Positions 1 to 8,350 of a stretch of DNA of 32,000 nt are shown in pieces. The notes beneath the pieces were generated by a model that ran no database searches, was not told the DNA's origin, and worked only from the letters and a program-made list of their open reading frames with translations. A program made the translations under genes and the position numbers. Location of the stretch: NCBI RefSeq assembly GCF_009831105.1, contig NZ_WUUQ01000001.1, positions 300,001 through 332,000 of the forward strand. Direction: 5' to 3'. How positions within the stretch are numbered: position 1 is the first letter of the stretch; each line of letters starts with the position of its first letter. The stretch comes from Copranaerobaculum intestinale (GTDB lineage: Bacteria; Bacillota_I; Bacilli_A; Erysipelotrichales; Erysipelotrichaceae).

Positions 1-1365
1 CATATAGGTTGCTTCTGTTTCCGGATGACCCTCTTTATAGTACTGCAAATTAAACGGTGCGTCGATAAAGCTGAAATTCGGAAATAAACGCTTGGCGGAA
101 ACTCGGCAACTCAATTTAAATAAATCATAATTGATATCCTGTTCATTAAAGTTTACACCCTCCTTAACTTTAAAAATAAGGATAGGAAAAATCGGAGTTT
201 CTCCGTCTCCGAGCCCAGCCTCCTGAGCCAGCAGAAGATTACGGCTTACCATACGTCCTTGAGACGATGTGTCCGTACCGAAGTTAATGCTGGAGAACGG
301 AACCTGTGCCCCGGCCCGAGAATGCATCGTATTCAAATTATGGATAAATGCCTCCATTGCCTGATACGTTTTTTTGTCTGTTTCCACATATGCTTCCTTA
401 TATACAAATGCCTCAATTTTCTGAAGCATTTTCTCATCCAAACAAAATTCAGTTCTTAAATACTCACGCTGAATGTCGAGGTATGCATCATCCATATCAA
501 GTGCCGGATAGGATAAATGTTCTGCCATTAGACTTTTCAACGCTTCTTTCACATCAATATCCGCATCGATGAATAAACGCAGAGCGCGATTCATATTGTT
601 GATATATTCACGGCGGAATGTTTTGGTAATGCCCGGTGCCATATAGTAGTCAAATGCCGGAATGCTCTGTCCGCCATGCTGATCATTCTGATCACTCTGG
701 ATTGCAATCGCTGCCAGAGCCGCGTAGCTTGTAATATCCTGCGGTTCCCGCAGAAAACCATGACCTGTGGAAAAGCCTCCTTCAAACAATTTATTTAAAT
801 CAATTTGACAGCAGGTTAGTGTTCCCATATTCATAAAATCCATATCATGAATATGAATATCACCATTCTCATGAAGCTGAGCATGTCTTGGACTCATCAG
901 CTCTGACATACAGAACTCACGCGATACTGTGCTGCCGTACTGAAGCATGGTACCCATTGCAGTATTGCCGTCAATATTGGCATTTTCACGTTTCACATCA
1001 GCATCTTTTGAATCCGCAAAGGTAATCTCACTGATATTTTTCATCAATCTGGTTTTCATGCTGCGAACACGGCTGCGTTCAGCTCGATACAGGATGTATG
1101 CCTCACTGGTTTTTGCATGACCGGATTCAATCAACGTTTTGACAACAGCATCTTGAACCTGCTCCACCGTTGGTTTACCGTTAGGATACAAGCGCTCAAG
1201 CATCCCTACTGCTTTAGCGGTCAGTGCTTCGGCAGTCTGATAATCTGCATCGCTTCCCTTTTCCTTTGCTACACTGGAAGCGGCAAGAAAAATAGCTCTG
1301 GTTATCTTCTCCGGTACAAAATGTATTTCTCTTCCATCTCGTTTTTGAATATGTGTAATCATCAT
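1..1365 (-). CDS. nrdD: Anaerobic ribonucleoside-triphosphate reductase NrdD, N-terminal 455 codons (gene continues past the left window edge)
   Basis: Hand translation of the - strand from ATG at 1365-1363 (SD AGGGAG 6 nt upstream) is open to base 1. It begins MMITHIQKRDGREIHFVPEKITRAI (ATP-cone) and contains GDIHIHDMDF, HGGQSIPAFDYYMAP and GAQVPFSSINFGTD, typical class III RNR. Absent from the ORF track because no stop lies in the window. Confidence 0.85.
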   Translation of the reverse strand, partial: MMITHIQKRDGREIHFVPEKITRAIFLAASSVAKEKGSDADYQTAEALTAKAVGMLERLYPNGKPTVEQVQDAVVKTLIESGHAKTSEAYILYRAERSRVRSMKTRLMKNISEITFADSKDADVKRENANIDGNTAMGTMLQYGSTVSREFCMSELMSPRHAQLHENGDIHIHDMDFMNMGTLTCCQIDLNKLFEGGFSTGHGFLREPQDITSYAALAAIAIQSDQNDQHGGQSIPAFDYYMAPGITKTFRREYINNMNRALRLFIDADIDVKEALKSLMAEHLSYPALDMDDAYLDIQREYLRTEFCLDEKMLQKIEAFVYKEAYVETDKKTYQAMEAFIHNLNTMHSRAGAQVPFSSINFGTDTSSQGRMVSRNLLLAQEAGLGDGETPIFPILIFKVKEGVNFNEQDINYDLFKLSCRVSAKRLFPNFSFIDAPFNLQYYKEGHPETEATYM

Positions 1366-1384
1366 ATTATCTCCCTATGTCTTC

Positions 1385-1424
1385 ATAAAAAACGGCACAG
1401 TAATATTTTCTTACTGTGTTCGTT
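1385..1424 (-). promoter_or_regulatory. Terminator-like hairpin plus U-run in the nrdD 5' leader (possible attenuator or operator)
   Basis: - strand reads AACGaaCACAGTAA-gaaaata-TTACTGTGcCGTT followed by TTTTAT, ending about 20 nt before the nrdD start. The 8-bp perfect core is extendable to about 12 bp. Confidence 0.35.
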
Positions 1425-1560
1425 CTTTTGTCAGAATTATTTCTGCCTGTTTATTTTACCATAAATCAAAGGAAAATCGATTTGAAATTAATTTCATTAG
1501 TACCGATAATCGGTTACATTCACAAGGCAAAGCAATAGGTTATCTGTATCTTCGAGTATG

Positions 1561-1583
1561 AAAAAAAGACTGCCTGGCAGTCC
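1561..1583 (-). terminator. Rho-independent terminator after rsmI
   Basis: - strand GACTGC-cag-GCAGTC followed by TTTTTTT, directly after the rsmI stop (1584-1586). Confidence 0.7.
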
Positions 1584-2432
1584 TTACTGTTGATGATATA
1601 GCTGATAAAGCTCATTCTTAGATACTTTATGAAGATCGGCTGCAGTTTGTACGGCAGCTTTTGCCCGCATTCCATCATTGACAAATTGCTGTACATCAAT
1701 CAAAGCCTTTTGCAGCAAATCATCCTTTGATTCACAAGCAGCCGCCCCGGCAATCACAATTACCATTTCTCCTTTCAGCTCTTCATCAATATTCAGTATT
1801 TCAGATATTGTTCCGCGGATAAACTCTTCATGCTTTTTTGTCAGCTCCCGAGCAAGACACATTTTTCGATCACCTAACTCTCGAAGACAGCTCATCAGCA
1901 TTTTACGCACTCGATGAGGAGCCTCATAAAAGATCAGAGTCTGAGGATACTGCGCCAATGCATGCAGCTGTACCGTACGCTCCTTTTCACTGCTTCCCAA
2001 AAAGCCATAAAATAGAAACGGCTGAACCGGAAGACCAGAAGCGACCAAGGCATTCAGCATCGCATTTGCACCGGAAATTGGAATAACCGGATAACCTGCT
2101 TCACTAATCAGCTGTGTTGCCGGAAGTCCCGGATCGGAAATAAGCGGATATCCGGCATCACTGACCACTGCAACAGACTTCCCTTCTTCCAAAAATTTCA
2201 AAAGTCCTTTGGCGCTTTCTTTTTCATTGAAGGCGTGATGAGCAACCAGATGCGTTTTAATGTCAAAATGTGACAGCAGCTTCATCGTATTTCTTGTATC
2301 CTCAGCCGCTATGACATCCACTTCCCGCAGGATCTGAACGGCTCGCGGAGTAAATTCATCCAGATTGCCGATCGGCGTCGCTACCAAATATAAGGAAGGC
2401 CGATTTTCTTCAAAGCTCTTTTGTCGATGCAT
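1584..2432 (-). CDS. rsmI: 16S rRNA (cytidine1402-2'-O)-methyltransferase RsmI
   Basis: 282 aa. LYLVATPIGNLDEFTPRAVQILREVDVIAAEDTRNT and the tetrapyrrole-methylase-like fold signature are typical of RsmI/YabC. Last gene of the tmk operon, as in Bacillus. Confidence 0.9.
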   Translation of the reverse strand: MHRQKSFEENRPSLYLVATPIGNLDEFTPRAVQILREVDVIAAEDTRNTMKLLSHFDIKTHLVAHHAFNEKESAKGLLKFLEEGKSVAVVSDAGYPLISDPGLPATQLISEAGYPVIPISGANAMLNALVASGLPVQPFLFYGFLGSSEKERTVQLHALAQYPQTLIFYEAPHRVRKMLMSCLRELGDRKMCLARELTKKHEEFIRGTISEILNIDEELKGEMVIVIAGAAACESKDDLLQKALIDVQQFVNDGMRAKAAVQTAADLHKVSKNELYQLYHQQ

Positions 2433-3292
2433 CAGCGATCTGAGAAATCAATGTCCGGCCATAATTCCTGAAAGCTCAAGAATTGGACATCTTCCTTATT
2501 TTCTATTTTTGCCTGCTGAAGCAAAACATTCATACTGGTAATGCGGTAGCGTCTTCCTTTATATTCAATTTGTGAATTTAGTTTCGGCAAACCCTGCCGA
2601 AGCTTTTTATATTGTTCATCTTCGTACTTTAAACAGCACATTAATTTTCCACACTGACCTGACAGCTTCTGCACATTCAACGCCAACAGCTGATTTTTAG
2701 CCATATTTATGGATATTACGTCAAAGTCATTCAGAAAACGAGAGCAGCAGGTTTCCATTCCGCAGGTTCCCAGCCCGCCGATAATTTTCGATTTATTGCG
2801 CGGTCCAATCTGACGAAGCTCGATCCGGCACTTGAACACAGATGCCAATTCTTTCAGTAATTCACGAAAATCTACACGTTCATCGGCAACATATACAAAG
2901 ATGATTTTACTGGCATCCAGGGTATATTCAGCCTCAATCAAATTCATATCCAGGTTCAGCTTGCGAATCAATTCCGCACATTTCTCCATAGCTTCTTCAG
3001 CGCGTTCGACATTACGCTTCGCATTTTGTAAATCTTTCTGCGTTGCTTTGCGTACTATTGGTTTAATTTCCATACCATTTGTATTGGCAATAAACGGTTC
3101 CGGTTCTTTAACCAGAGTGCCGAGCTCCAGCCCCCGGACCGTTTCTACAACGACCTTATCATTCATTTTTAAATGATGGTCATCGGTTCCGAAAGTATAT
3201 ATTTTTTTTGATTTATCAAAACTTACAAAAGCCAACAGCTCATAGGTCTGTTTACAAGGCTTATGATTACGTTTGTTGTGATTGTCACTCAT
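2432..3292 (-). CDS. ricT: PSP1-domain protein RicT/YaaT
   Basis: 286 aa with Cys-rich CGMETCCSRFL and CGKLMCCLKYE motifs typical of YaaT/PSP1. Conserved position downstream of holB. 1-nt overlap with rsmI. Confidence 0.85.
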   Translation of the reverse strand: MSDNHNKRNHKPCKQTYELLAFVSFDKSKKIYTFGTDDHHLKMNDKVVVETVRGLELGTLVKEPEPFIANTNGMEIKPIVRKATQKDLQNAKRNVERAEEAMEKCAELIRKLNLDMNLIEAEYTLDASKIIFVYVADERVDFRELLKELASVFKCRIELRQIGPRNKSKIIGGLGTCGMETCCSRFLNDFDVISINMAKNQLLALNVQKLSGQCGKLMCCLKYEDEQYKKLRQGLPKLNSQIEYKGRRYRITSMNVLLQQAKIENKEDVQFLSFQELWPDIDFSDR

Positions 3293-4279
3293 TTATGAAA
3301 CCTCCTTTATTCGATACACCAGCTGATCAATCAGCAGTGCGATGTTTACTGAAGTACGAATCAGTGTATCTTTGGTATCCATCAGAATATTCAGAATCTG
3401 ACAAATTTGATCGGCAGCTTGTTTTCCATCCTGCAGCTGCTGCATGTACCAAGCATCGGTACAAACAGATTTTTGCTTCAGGCAATCCTTATAGTATATA
3501 ACCAGCATATCCAACAGATATTGTAGTGAGATTTTATCTGCTCCCTTGTTTTTCCCGGGAAATGCTTCTGTTTCCAAAAACAACAGGGCCCGATAGACAT
3601 CCTTTCGAAACAATGTGACTACTTCTTTCATACAGAAACGCGCATGCTGATAAACATCACTGTCCAGCGTTGTCTGAATTTCCTCCGGACTATGTACCAT
3701 CTGGCTCAGTAAATAAGCATCCAAATCATCCATGCCCTGTTCTTTGCACAATTTCAAGCTATATTTATGATCCATCGGCTTAAAAGCTACAACCTGACAG
3801 CGGGAAACAATCGTCGGCAGCACTCGATCTATCTGTTCGCTGATTAAGATTGCGGTCAGATCACTGGTTGGTTCTTCCAGAAATTTCAGCAAACTGTTCA
3901 ATGCATCCGGCGTCGCATTTTCTACCCGGTCAATCACATAAATTTTATGTCCGGCTGCTTCGAGGCCGGTTTTCGAAAAGGTATCCTGAAGCTTCAGCAC
4001 ATCTTCCTTTTTTATTGATCCTTTAGTACCATCCAGCATGATCATATCAGCATACTGGCCATTCACCACCCGCTGACAGATATCACAGATCTCACAACCA
4101 AACGGATCGGCATGCGGACATAGCAAGCTCTGGGTCAGCAAAAATGCCGCTTCCTTCTTTGGTGTACCGGCAAGGCCCTGAAAAAGATAAGCGTGCGCTA
4201 ACTTTTTTGATGACAGCGCATGCTGCAGGGTTTGGTATACCACTGGCTGAAAGGTTTTCAAAGTGTCCTTAAACAACAT
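3293..4279 (-). CDS. holB: DNA polymerase III delta' subunit HolB
   Basis: 328 aa. N-terminus LAHAYLFQG..GTPKKEAA, a Zn-module-like C..C..C.IC and SRCQVV are typical of the clamp-loader delta' subunit. Overlaps tmk by 11 nt. Confidence 0.85.
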   Translation of the reverse strand: MLFKDTLKTFQPVVYQTLQHALSSKKLAHAYLFQGLAGTPKKEAAFLLTQSLLCPHADPFGCEICDICQRVVNGQYADMIMLDGTKGSIKKEDVLKLQDTFSKTGLEAAGHKIYVIDRVENATPDALNSLLKFLEEPTSDLTAILISEQIDRVLPTIVSRCQVVAFKPMDHKYSLKLCKEQGMDDLDAYLLSQMVHSPEEIQTTLDSDVYQHARFCMKEVVTLFRKDVYRALLFLETEAFPGKNKGADKISLQYLLDMLVIYYKDCLKQKSVCTDAWYMQQLQDGKQAADQICQILNILMDTKDTLIRTSVNIALLIDQLVYRIKEVS

Positions 4280-4901
4280 GTTTCAGCACTCCGATCACTT
4301 CTTCATATGCTTGTTCTGCAACTTTATCAATTGATTGTGAAGCATCGACAATATGCATGCGCTCGGCAAACTGCTTTAGGATTTGTTCATACCCTAAGGC
4401 TACTCGTTGATGAAAACTCTCTGTTTCCTGATCGAGCCGATCCTTAAATGCCCGGCTTTTGATTCTGGACAGTCCTGTTTCAGGGGGCAGGGAAAGAAAA
4501 ACAGTTGCATCAGGCATATGCCCTTCGATTGCAAATTGATTGATCTCAAATACTTCCTTAATGCCTAATTGACGTCCGACTCCTTGATATGCCAAAGAGC
4601 TGTCGATAAAGCGATCACACAGCACGATCTTTCCCTGTTCTATGGCTGGCAGAACTTTCTCTATCAAATGCTGACGGCGGCTGGCCGCATACAGCAACGC
4701 TTCCGTCTTCGCATCCATTTCAATATTTTCAGGATCAAGAATCACCTTACGAATTTGTTCCGCAATTTTGATTCCGCCTGGTTCTCTCGTATAAATAACC
4801 GGATAGCCTTTATCCAGCATACGTTCGTATACCAGTTTTGATATTGTCGTCTTTCCGGCACCGTCATTTCCCTCAAATGTAATAAACAAGCCTTTTGTCA
4901 T
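4269..4901 (-). CDS. tmk: Thymidylate kinase
   Basis: 210 aa. P-loop FITFEGNDGAGKTT, TREPGG, and DRFIDSSLAYQG. Confidence 0.92.
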   Translation of the reverse strand: MTKGLFITFEGNDGAGKTTISKLVYERMLDKGYPVIYTREPGGIKIAEQIRKVILDPENIEMDAKTEALLYAASRRQHLIEKVLPAIEQGKIVLCDRFIDSSLAYQGVGRQLGIKEVFEINQFAIEGHMPDATVFLSLPPETGLSRIKSRAFKDRLDQETESFHQRVALGYEQILKQFAERMHIVDASQSIDKVAEQAYEEVIGVLKHVV

Positions 4902-4925
4902 ATTGCATCCTCACAATCTGCATTT

Positions 4926-4934
4926 ATTATATCA
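4926..4934 (-). promoter_or_regulatory. Putative extended -10 promoter (TGATATAAT) for the tmk operon
   Basis: - strand aaaTGaTATAATaaa about 25 nt upstream of the tmk ATG. Weak -35 (TTCATT) at 17-nt spacing. Confidence 0.4.
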
Positions 4935-5025
4935 TTTATCCAAAGATTAATGAATAACTTTATCTGTGCCACATAGACTATCAGTAGGGATTTCATCATC
5001 CCTTTTATATATGCGGCATGCCAAT

Positions 5026-5055
5026 GAAAAACCGATCTGATTAGACCGGTTTTTC
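5026..5055 (-). terminator. Terminator after tcdA (stop codon inside the hairpin)
   Basis: - strand AAAAACCGGTC-taatca-GATCGGTTTTT (11 bp including one G-U). TAA of tcdA lies in the loop. Confidence 0.55.
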
Positions 5056-5775
5056 ATGTTTGAGGATTTTTCTGACAATATAGGATGCCGCTGCCAGCCC
5101 TGCAGCAGAAGGTACAAACGGGGTGCTGGCAGGAGGCATTTTAACTTTTCTGATAACCGCGTCCGGATCGACGACAGCACGCTGAACAAAAGGAGGTTCC
5201 TTTGAGAAAAGCACCGGAACTCGATAGTGGACGCCGCGTTTTCGCAGCTGACTGCGCATTGCCTTCGCCAGCGGATCATAATTGGTTTTCCAAAGATCGG
5301 TAATTTCGATCATGGTTGGATCAAATCGGTTAGCCATCCCCAAAGAGCTGATAAACGGAATTCCATGTTCATGCGCCATCTCGATCAGATCTGCTTTACA
5401 GGTGACCGTATCAATCGCATCAATGATATAATCCGGCTGAAGAGAAAGCAGCTTTTCATTTTCCGCAGCGGAATAGAAAAGCGGCGCTTCTAAGACCTCA
5501 CAGTCATCTCGATATAACTTTATTCGCTCATGCATCGCTGTTGTCTTGCTTCTTCCGACTGTTTCAAAGGTCGCGTGAATCTGCCGATTCAAATTGCTTA
5601 ACGCAATCTCATCCCCATCAACTAAAATAAGCCGTCCGATTCCGCAACGTGCCAAAGCTTCCGCACTGTATGAACCAACTCCGCCGATGCCGACAACCAT
5701 AACACTGGTATTTTTTAGTTTTTGAATACCTTCTTCATGAATTAATAATTTCATTCTTTCTAATGCTTCACTCAT
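5041..5775 (-). CDS. tcdA: tRNA threonylcarbamoyladenosine dehydratase (ThiF/MoeB-family, TcdA/YrvM-like)
   Basis: 244 aa. Rossmann VMVVGIGGVGSYSAEALARCGIGRLILVDGDEIALSNLNRQ. Short single-domain E1-like protein matching TcdA/CsdL. Confidence 0.8.
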   Translation of the reverse strand: MSEALERMKLLIHEEGIQKLKNTSVMVVGIGGVGSYSAEALARCGIGRLILVDGDEIALSNLNRQIHATFETVGRSKTTAMHERIKLYRDDCEVLEAPLFYSAAENEKLLSLQPDYIIDAIDTVTCKADLIEMAHEHGIPFISSLGMANRFDPTMIEITDLWKTNYDPLAKAMRSQLRKRGVHYRVPVLFSKEPPFVQRAVVDPDAVIRKVKMPPASTPFVPSAAGLAAASYIVRKILKHEKPV

Positions 5776-5788
5776 GTTTTCACTCCTA

Positions 5789-5816
5789 TAAAAAGAAGAA
5801 GGAAAACCTTCTTCTT
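5789..5816 (-). terminator. Terminator-like hairpin after the zinc-ribbon gene, abutting the tcdA RBS
   Basis: - strand AAGAAGAAGG-tttt-CCTTCTTCTT then TTTTAT, followed immediately by AGGAGTG-aaaac-ATG of tcdA. Confidence 0.6.
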
Positions 5817-6171
5817 ACTCAAAAAACTGGTCAATCGAAAAATTGGAAATAAACATCAAAACAACAATGATGATGATCACGATCACATAGGCAATGATCT
5901 TGTAACCATTGACAGATGTTTGCTGTGCAGTAATTTTTGTCTGCTTTGCGGCCGCTTTTCCCGGTACCTGCCGAATCATTTTTTGCGTAGTCCCACTGTG
6001 GCTGTTTGCCTGCCGACGGCGATAACTGTCAAAATCCGTACGGTTAAAAATAGATCGGTTCATGCTGCGGCTCGCCGGCATTTTTGATCCGCATTTTGGA
6101 CAATAGTCACAGAATGTTTTTGTGCCGCATTTACTGCAAATTCTGATTTCTTCCAAAATATTATCTACCAC
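5815..6171 (-). CDS. Zinc-ribbon domain membrane protein (function unknown)
   Basis: 118 aa, GTG start with SD GAGGGTG 5 nt upstream. N-terminal CSKCG-x8-CPKCG zinc ribbon, basic/polar linker, single C-terminal TM (IIAYVIVIIIIVVLMFI). Confidence 0.6.
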   Translation of the reverse strand: MVDNILEEIRICSKCGTKTFCDYCPKCGSKMPASRSMNRSIFNRTDFDSYRRRQANSHSGTTQKMIRQVPGKAAAKQTKITAQQTSVNGYKIIAYVIVIIIIVVLMFISNFSIDQFFE

Positions 6172-6369
6172 ATTTTCACCCTCTTCCCAGTGCTTTGAAT
6201 CTGAGTTTCAAACAATATACGGGAATGTATAAGCTAAAAACATCGAGCTGGCCATAAATCTTATACCTGATCAGCAGGGCGTACTTTCGATAGGCACTGT
6301 CCTAGAACACTGCTTGTGATCATTGATTGCATTTTTAGAATAACAATCTGAGTTCATCTTTATACCTTG

Positions 6370-6397
6370 ATTGTATCATGGTTCTCTGTAATGGCAA
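6370..6397 (-). promoter_or_regulatory. Sigma-A type promoter TTGCCA-16-TGaTACAAT
   Basis: - strand ttgcca(6397-6392), 16-nt spacer, TGa-TACAAT(6378-6370). Would give a leader of about 190 nt before the zinc-ribbon CDS. Confidence 0.5.
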
Positions 6398-6409
6398 GTC
6401 AGACTATTC

Positions 6410-8350
6410 TTATACGATACGCAAAAATTCTTTCTCCAGCTGCTTTGTGGTCATTTTAATAAAGGTTGGCCGTCCGTGCGGACAATGATATGGCTGGTTA
6501 CAGCGATGCAAATCTTCAATAACCTTGTTCATTTCATCTAGGGTGAGAATACGGTTGAAGCGAATCGAGGAATGACAGGCCATTGTTGCGACGGCATTTT
6601 CACGCAGCTTCTGAATATCGATTTCCTCATCTTTATTCCAGATATCGAGCAAATCCTGAAGAAACCCGGTTTCATCAATGCCGCTCATCCATACCGGAAG
6701 CTGTCGGCATACCACCGTATTCGCTCCGAAGGCTTCAATATCAATACCTATTTCTTCTAATGCCTTATGGATTTGATCAATGCGGGCTACTACGGCAGAG
6801 GATGTTTCAACCGTTATCGGGATCAGCAATGGCTGCATATCTTTATTGCCGGCATACAGCATATTTGACAGCCGCTCAAAATTATAGCGTTCCTGAGCAG
6901 CGTGCTGATCAATGATGTATAATCCATCTTCCCCCTGCGCCAGAATATAGCAGCCATGAAGCTGTCCGATAACCTCCATATGGGGCAGTGTATCAGAATG
7001 ATCCGACATATTTCCGACACCTTGTGAATGTAAAGGATTCGATTGCTTTTTTGTTTCATCGAGTAATATCGCTGATTTTTTCATTGCGTTGACGCCATCA
7101 ATCGGATAATCTACTTCTGGTTCATGTACGCTTCGATCTTCATAAACCGGCTGTGGTATCGGTTTCTGAAATTCCTCCTTAGCGGACTTTGACCGATCCA
7201 AATCGGCTTCTGCTTCATCGGATATTTTCATAAAGCTTTCATCCACATCGGTATGAAGCTTCATAACTTCTCGGTCATTTTCATAGGTAAAGGTCATCTT
7301 AGGCATTTCTACTTTTTGCGGTGCCCGATGATTTTCCTGCCTAACTTTTGTGACTTCATTAACAGCTATATCTTTTTTTAATGCATGATGCAATGCAGTA
7401 TAAATCAGCTTTTCCAACTGTTTTTCTTTTGATAGACGGATTTCCCATTTTGATGGATGAACGTTGACATCAACCAAATGCGGATCCATTTTAATATCAA
7501 GTACTACGATCGGATAACGGTCTTTCGGCATATAAGGCGCATAAGCATCTTGGATTGCTTTTTGTAAATGATAAGAACGAACCATTCGTTCATTCACAAA
7601 TAACAGCATATAATATTTTGTGGCACGATGAAACATCGGTTGTACCGCATAGCCGGTTACGATAAAATCACCGTCACCTTGATTTACCGAAATGGCAGAT
7701 TTTGCGGCTTCTCGGCCATAAATCTGCATAAGGACCTCTTTTAGATTACCACCGCCATTGGTTTTAAAAACAGCTCGTCCATCGTGGGTTAAAGAAAAGG
7801 CAACTTGTGGGTGCGACACTGCGAATTTCTGCACAACATCACTGATCAGTGAAAATTCATATTGCGGAGTTTTTAAATGCTTAAAGCGAGCCGGTGTTTT
7901 CTGAAATAGATTTCGTACTTCAATTGATGTCCCGCGAGGTGTGCCTACCGGCTGCGCTTTGATGAGCTTACCAAAGCGAATTTCTACCTCCGTACCATCT
8001 TTGCCGTCATTTGTTTTCAAGATTGTATGCGCAACCGAAGCAATAGAGGGGAGTGCCTCCCCGCGAAATCCCATTGTACGAATATTCCAAAGATCATCGG
8101 TTTCTTTTATTTTGCTTGTCGCATGACGCTCAAATGCCAGCACTGCATCCTGAGAATCCATACCGATACCATCATCAATAATTTGTATGGATTCGATTCC
8201 CCCCTGCTTGATGTAAATATCAACATGCTTTGCCGATGCGTCAATACTATTCTCAACCAATTCTTTTACGATTCCCGACGGCCGCTCTACAACTTCTCCG
8301 GCCGCGATCATATTGCTTAAATGTTCATCCAGACGATTAATTCTTCCCAT
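6410..8350 (-). CDS. mutL: DNA mismatch repair protein MutL (endonuclease-type)
   Basis: 646 aa. GHKL ATPase N-terminus (IAAGEVVERPSGIVKELVENSIDA), C-terminal endonuclease motif DQHAAQERYNFE and CPHGRP. TAATG overlap with mutS. Confidence 0.95.
   Translation of the reverse strand: MGRINRLDEHLSNMIAAGEVVERPSGIVKELVENSIDASAKHVDIYIKQGGIESIQIIDDGIGMDSQDAVLAFERHATSKIKETDDLWNIRTMGFRGEALPSIASVAHTILKTNDGKDGTEVEIRFGKLIKAQPVGTPRGTSIEVRNLFQKTPARFKHLKTPQYEFSLISDVVQKFAVSHPQVAFSLTHDGRAVFKTNGGGNLKEVLMQIYGREAAKSAISVNQGDGDFIVTGYAVQPMFHRATKYYMLLFVNERMVRSYHLQKAIQDAYAPYMPKDRYPIVVLDIKMDPHLVDVNVHPSKWEIRLSKEKQLEKLIYTALHHALKKDIAVNEVTKVRQENHRAPQKVEMPKMTFTYENDREVMKLHTDVDESFMKISDEAEADLDRSKSAKEEFQKPIPQPVYEDRSVHEPEVDYPIDGVNAMKKSAILLDETKKQSNPLHSQGVGNMSDHSDTLPHMEVIGQLHGCYILAQGEDGLYIIDQHAAQERYNFERLSNMLYAGNKDMQPLLIPITVETSSAVVARIDQIHKALEEIGIDIEAFGANTVVCRQLPVWMSGIDETGFLQDLLDIWNKDEEIDIQKLRENAVATMACHSSIRFNRILTLDEMNKVIEDLHRCNQPYHCPHGRPTFIKMTTKQLEKEFLRIV

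Noticed and set aside
1366-1583. Cobalamin riboswitch or NrdR boxes upstream of nrdD
   Set aside because: The leader is too short for a B12 element, and I see no GCCACTG-type B12 box. No pair of 16-bp ACACnATATATnGTGT-like NrdR boxes is visible.
4947-5279. 110-aa ORF overlapping the 3' end of tcdA and the tcdA-tmk spacer
   Set aside because: It is out of frame within tcdA, runs through the tcdA terminator, and has no SD or motifs.
6172-6369. 6S RNA hypothesis for the ~190-nt transcript downstream of mutL (tcdA/yrvM neighbourhood, as I recall for B. subtilis 6S-1)
   Set aside because: I could not find the long 5'/3' closing helix or central-bubble architecture. The matching 10-mers at the two ends are direct repeats, not complementary. 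It is kept only as an unassigned leader in the findings.
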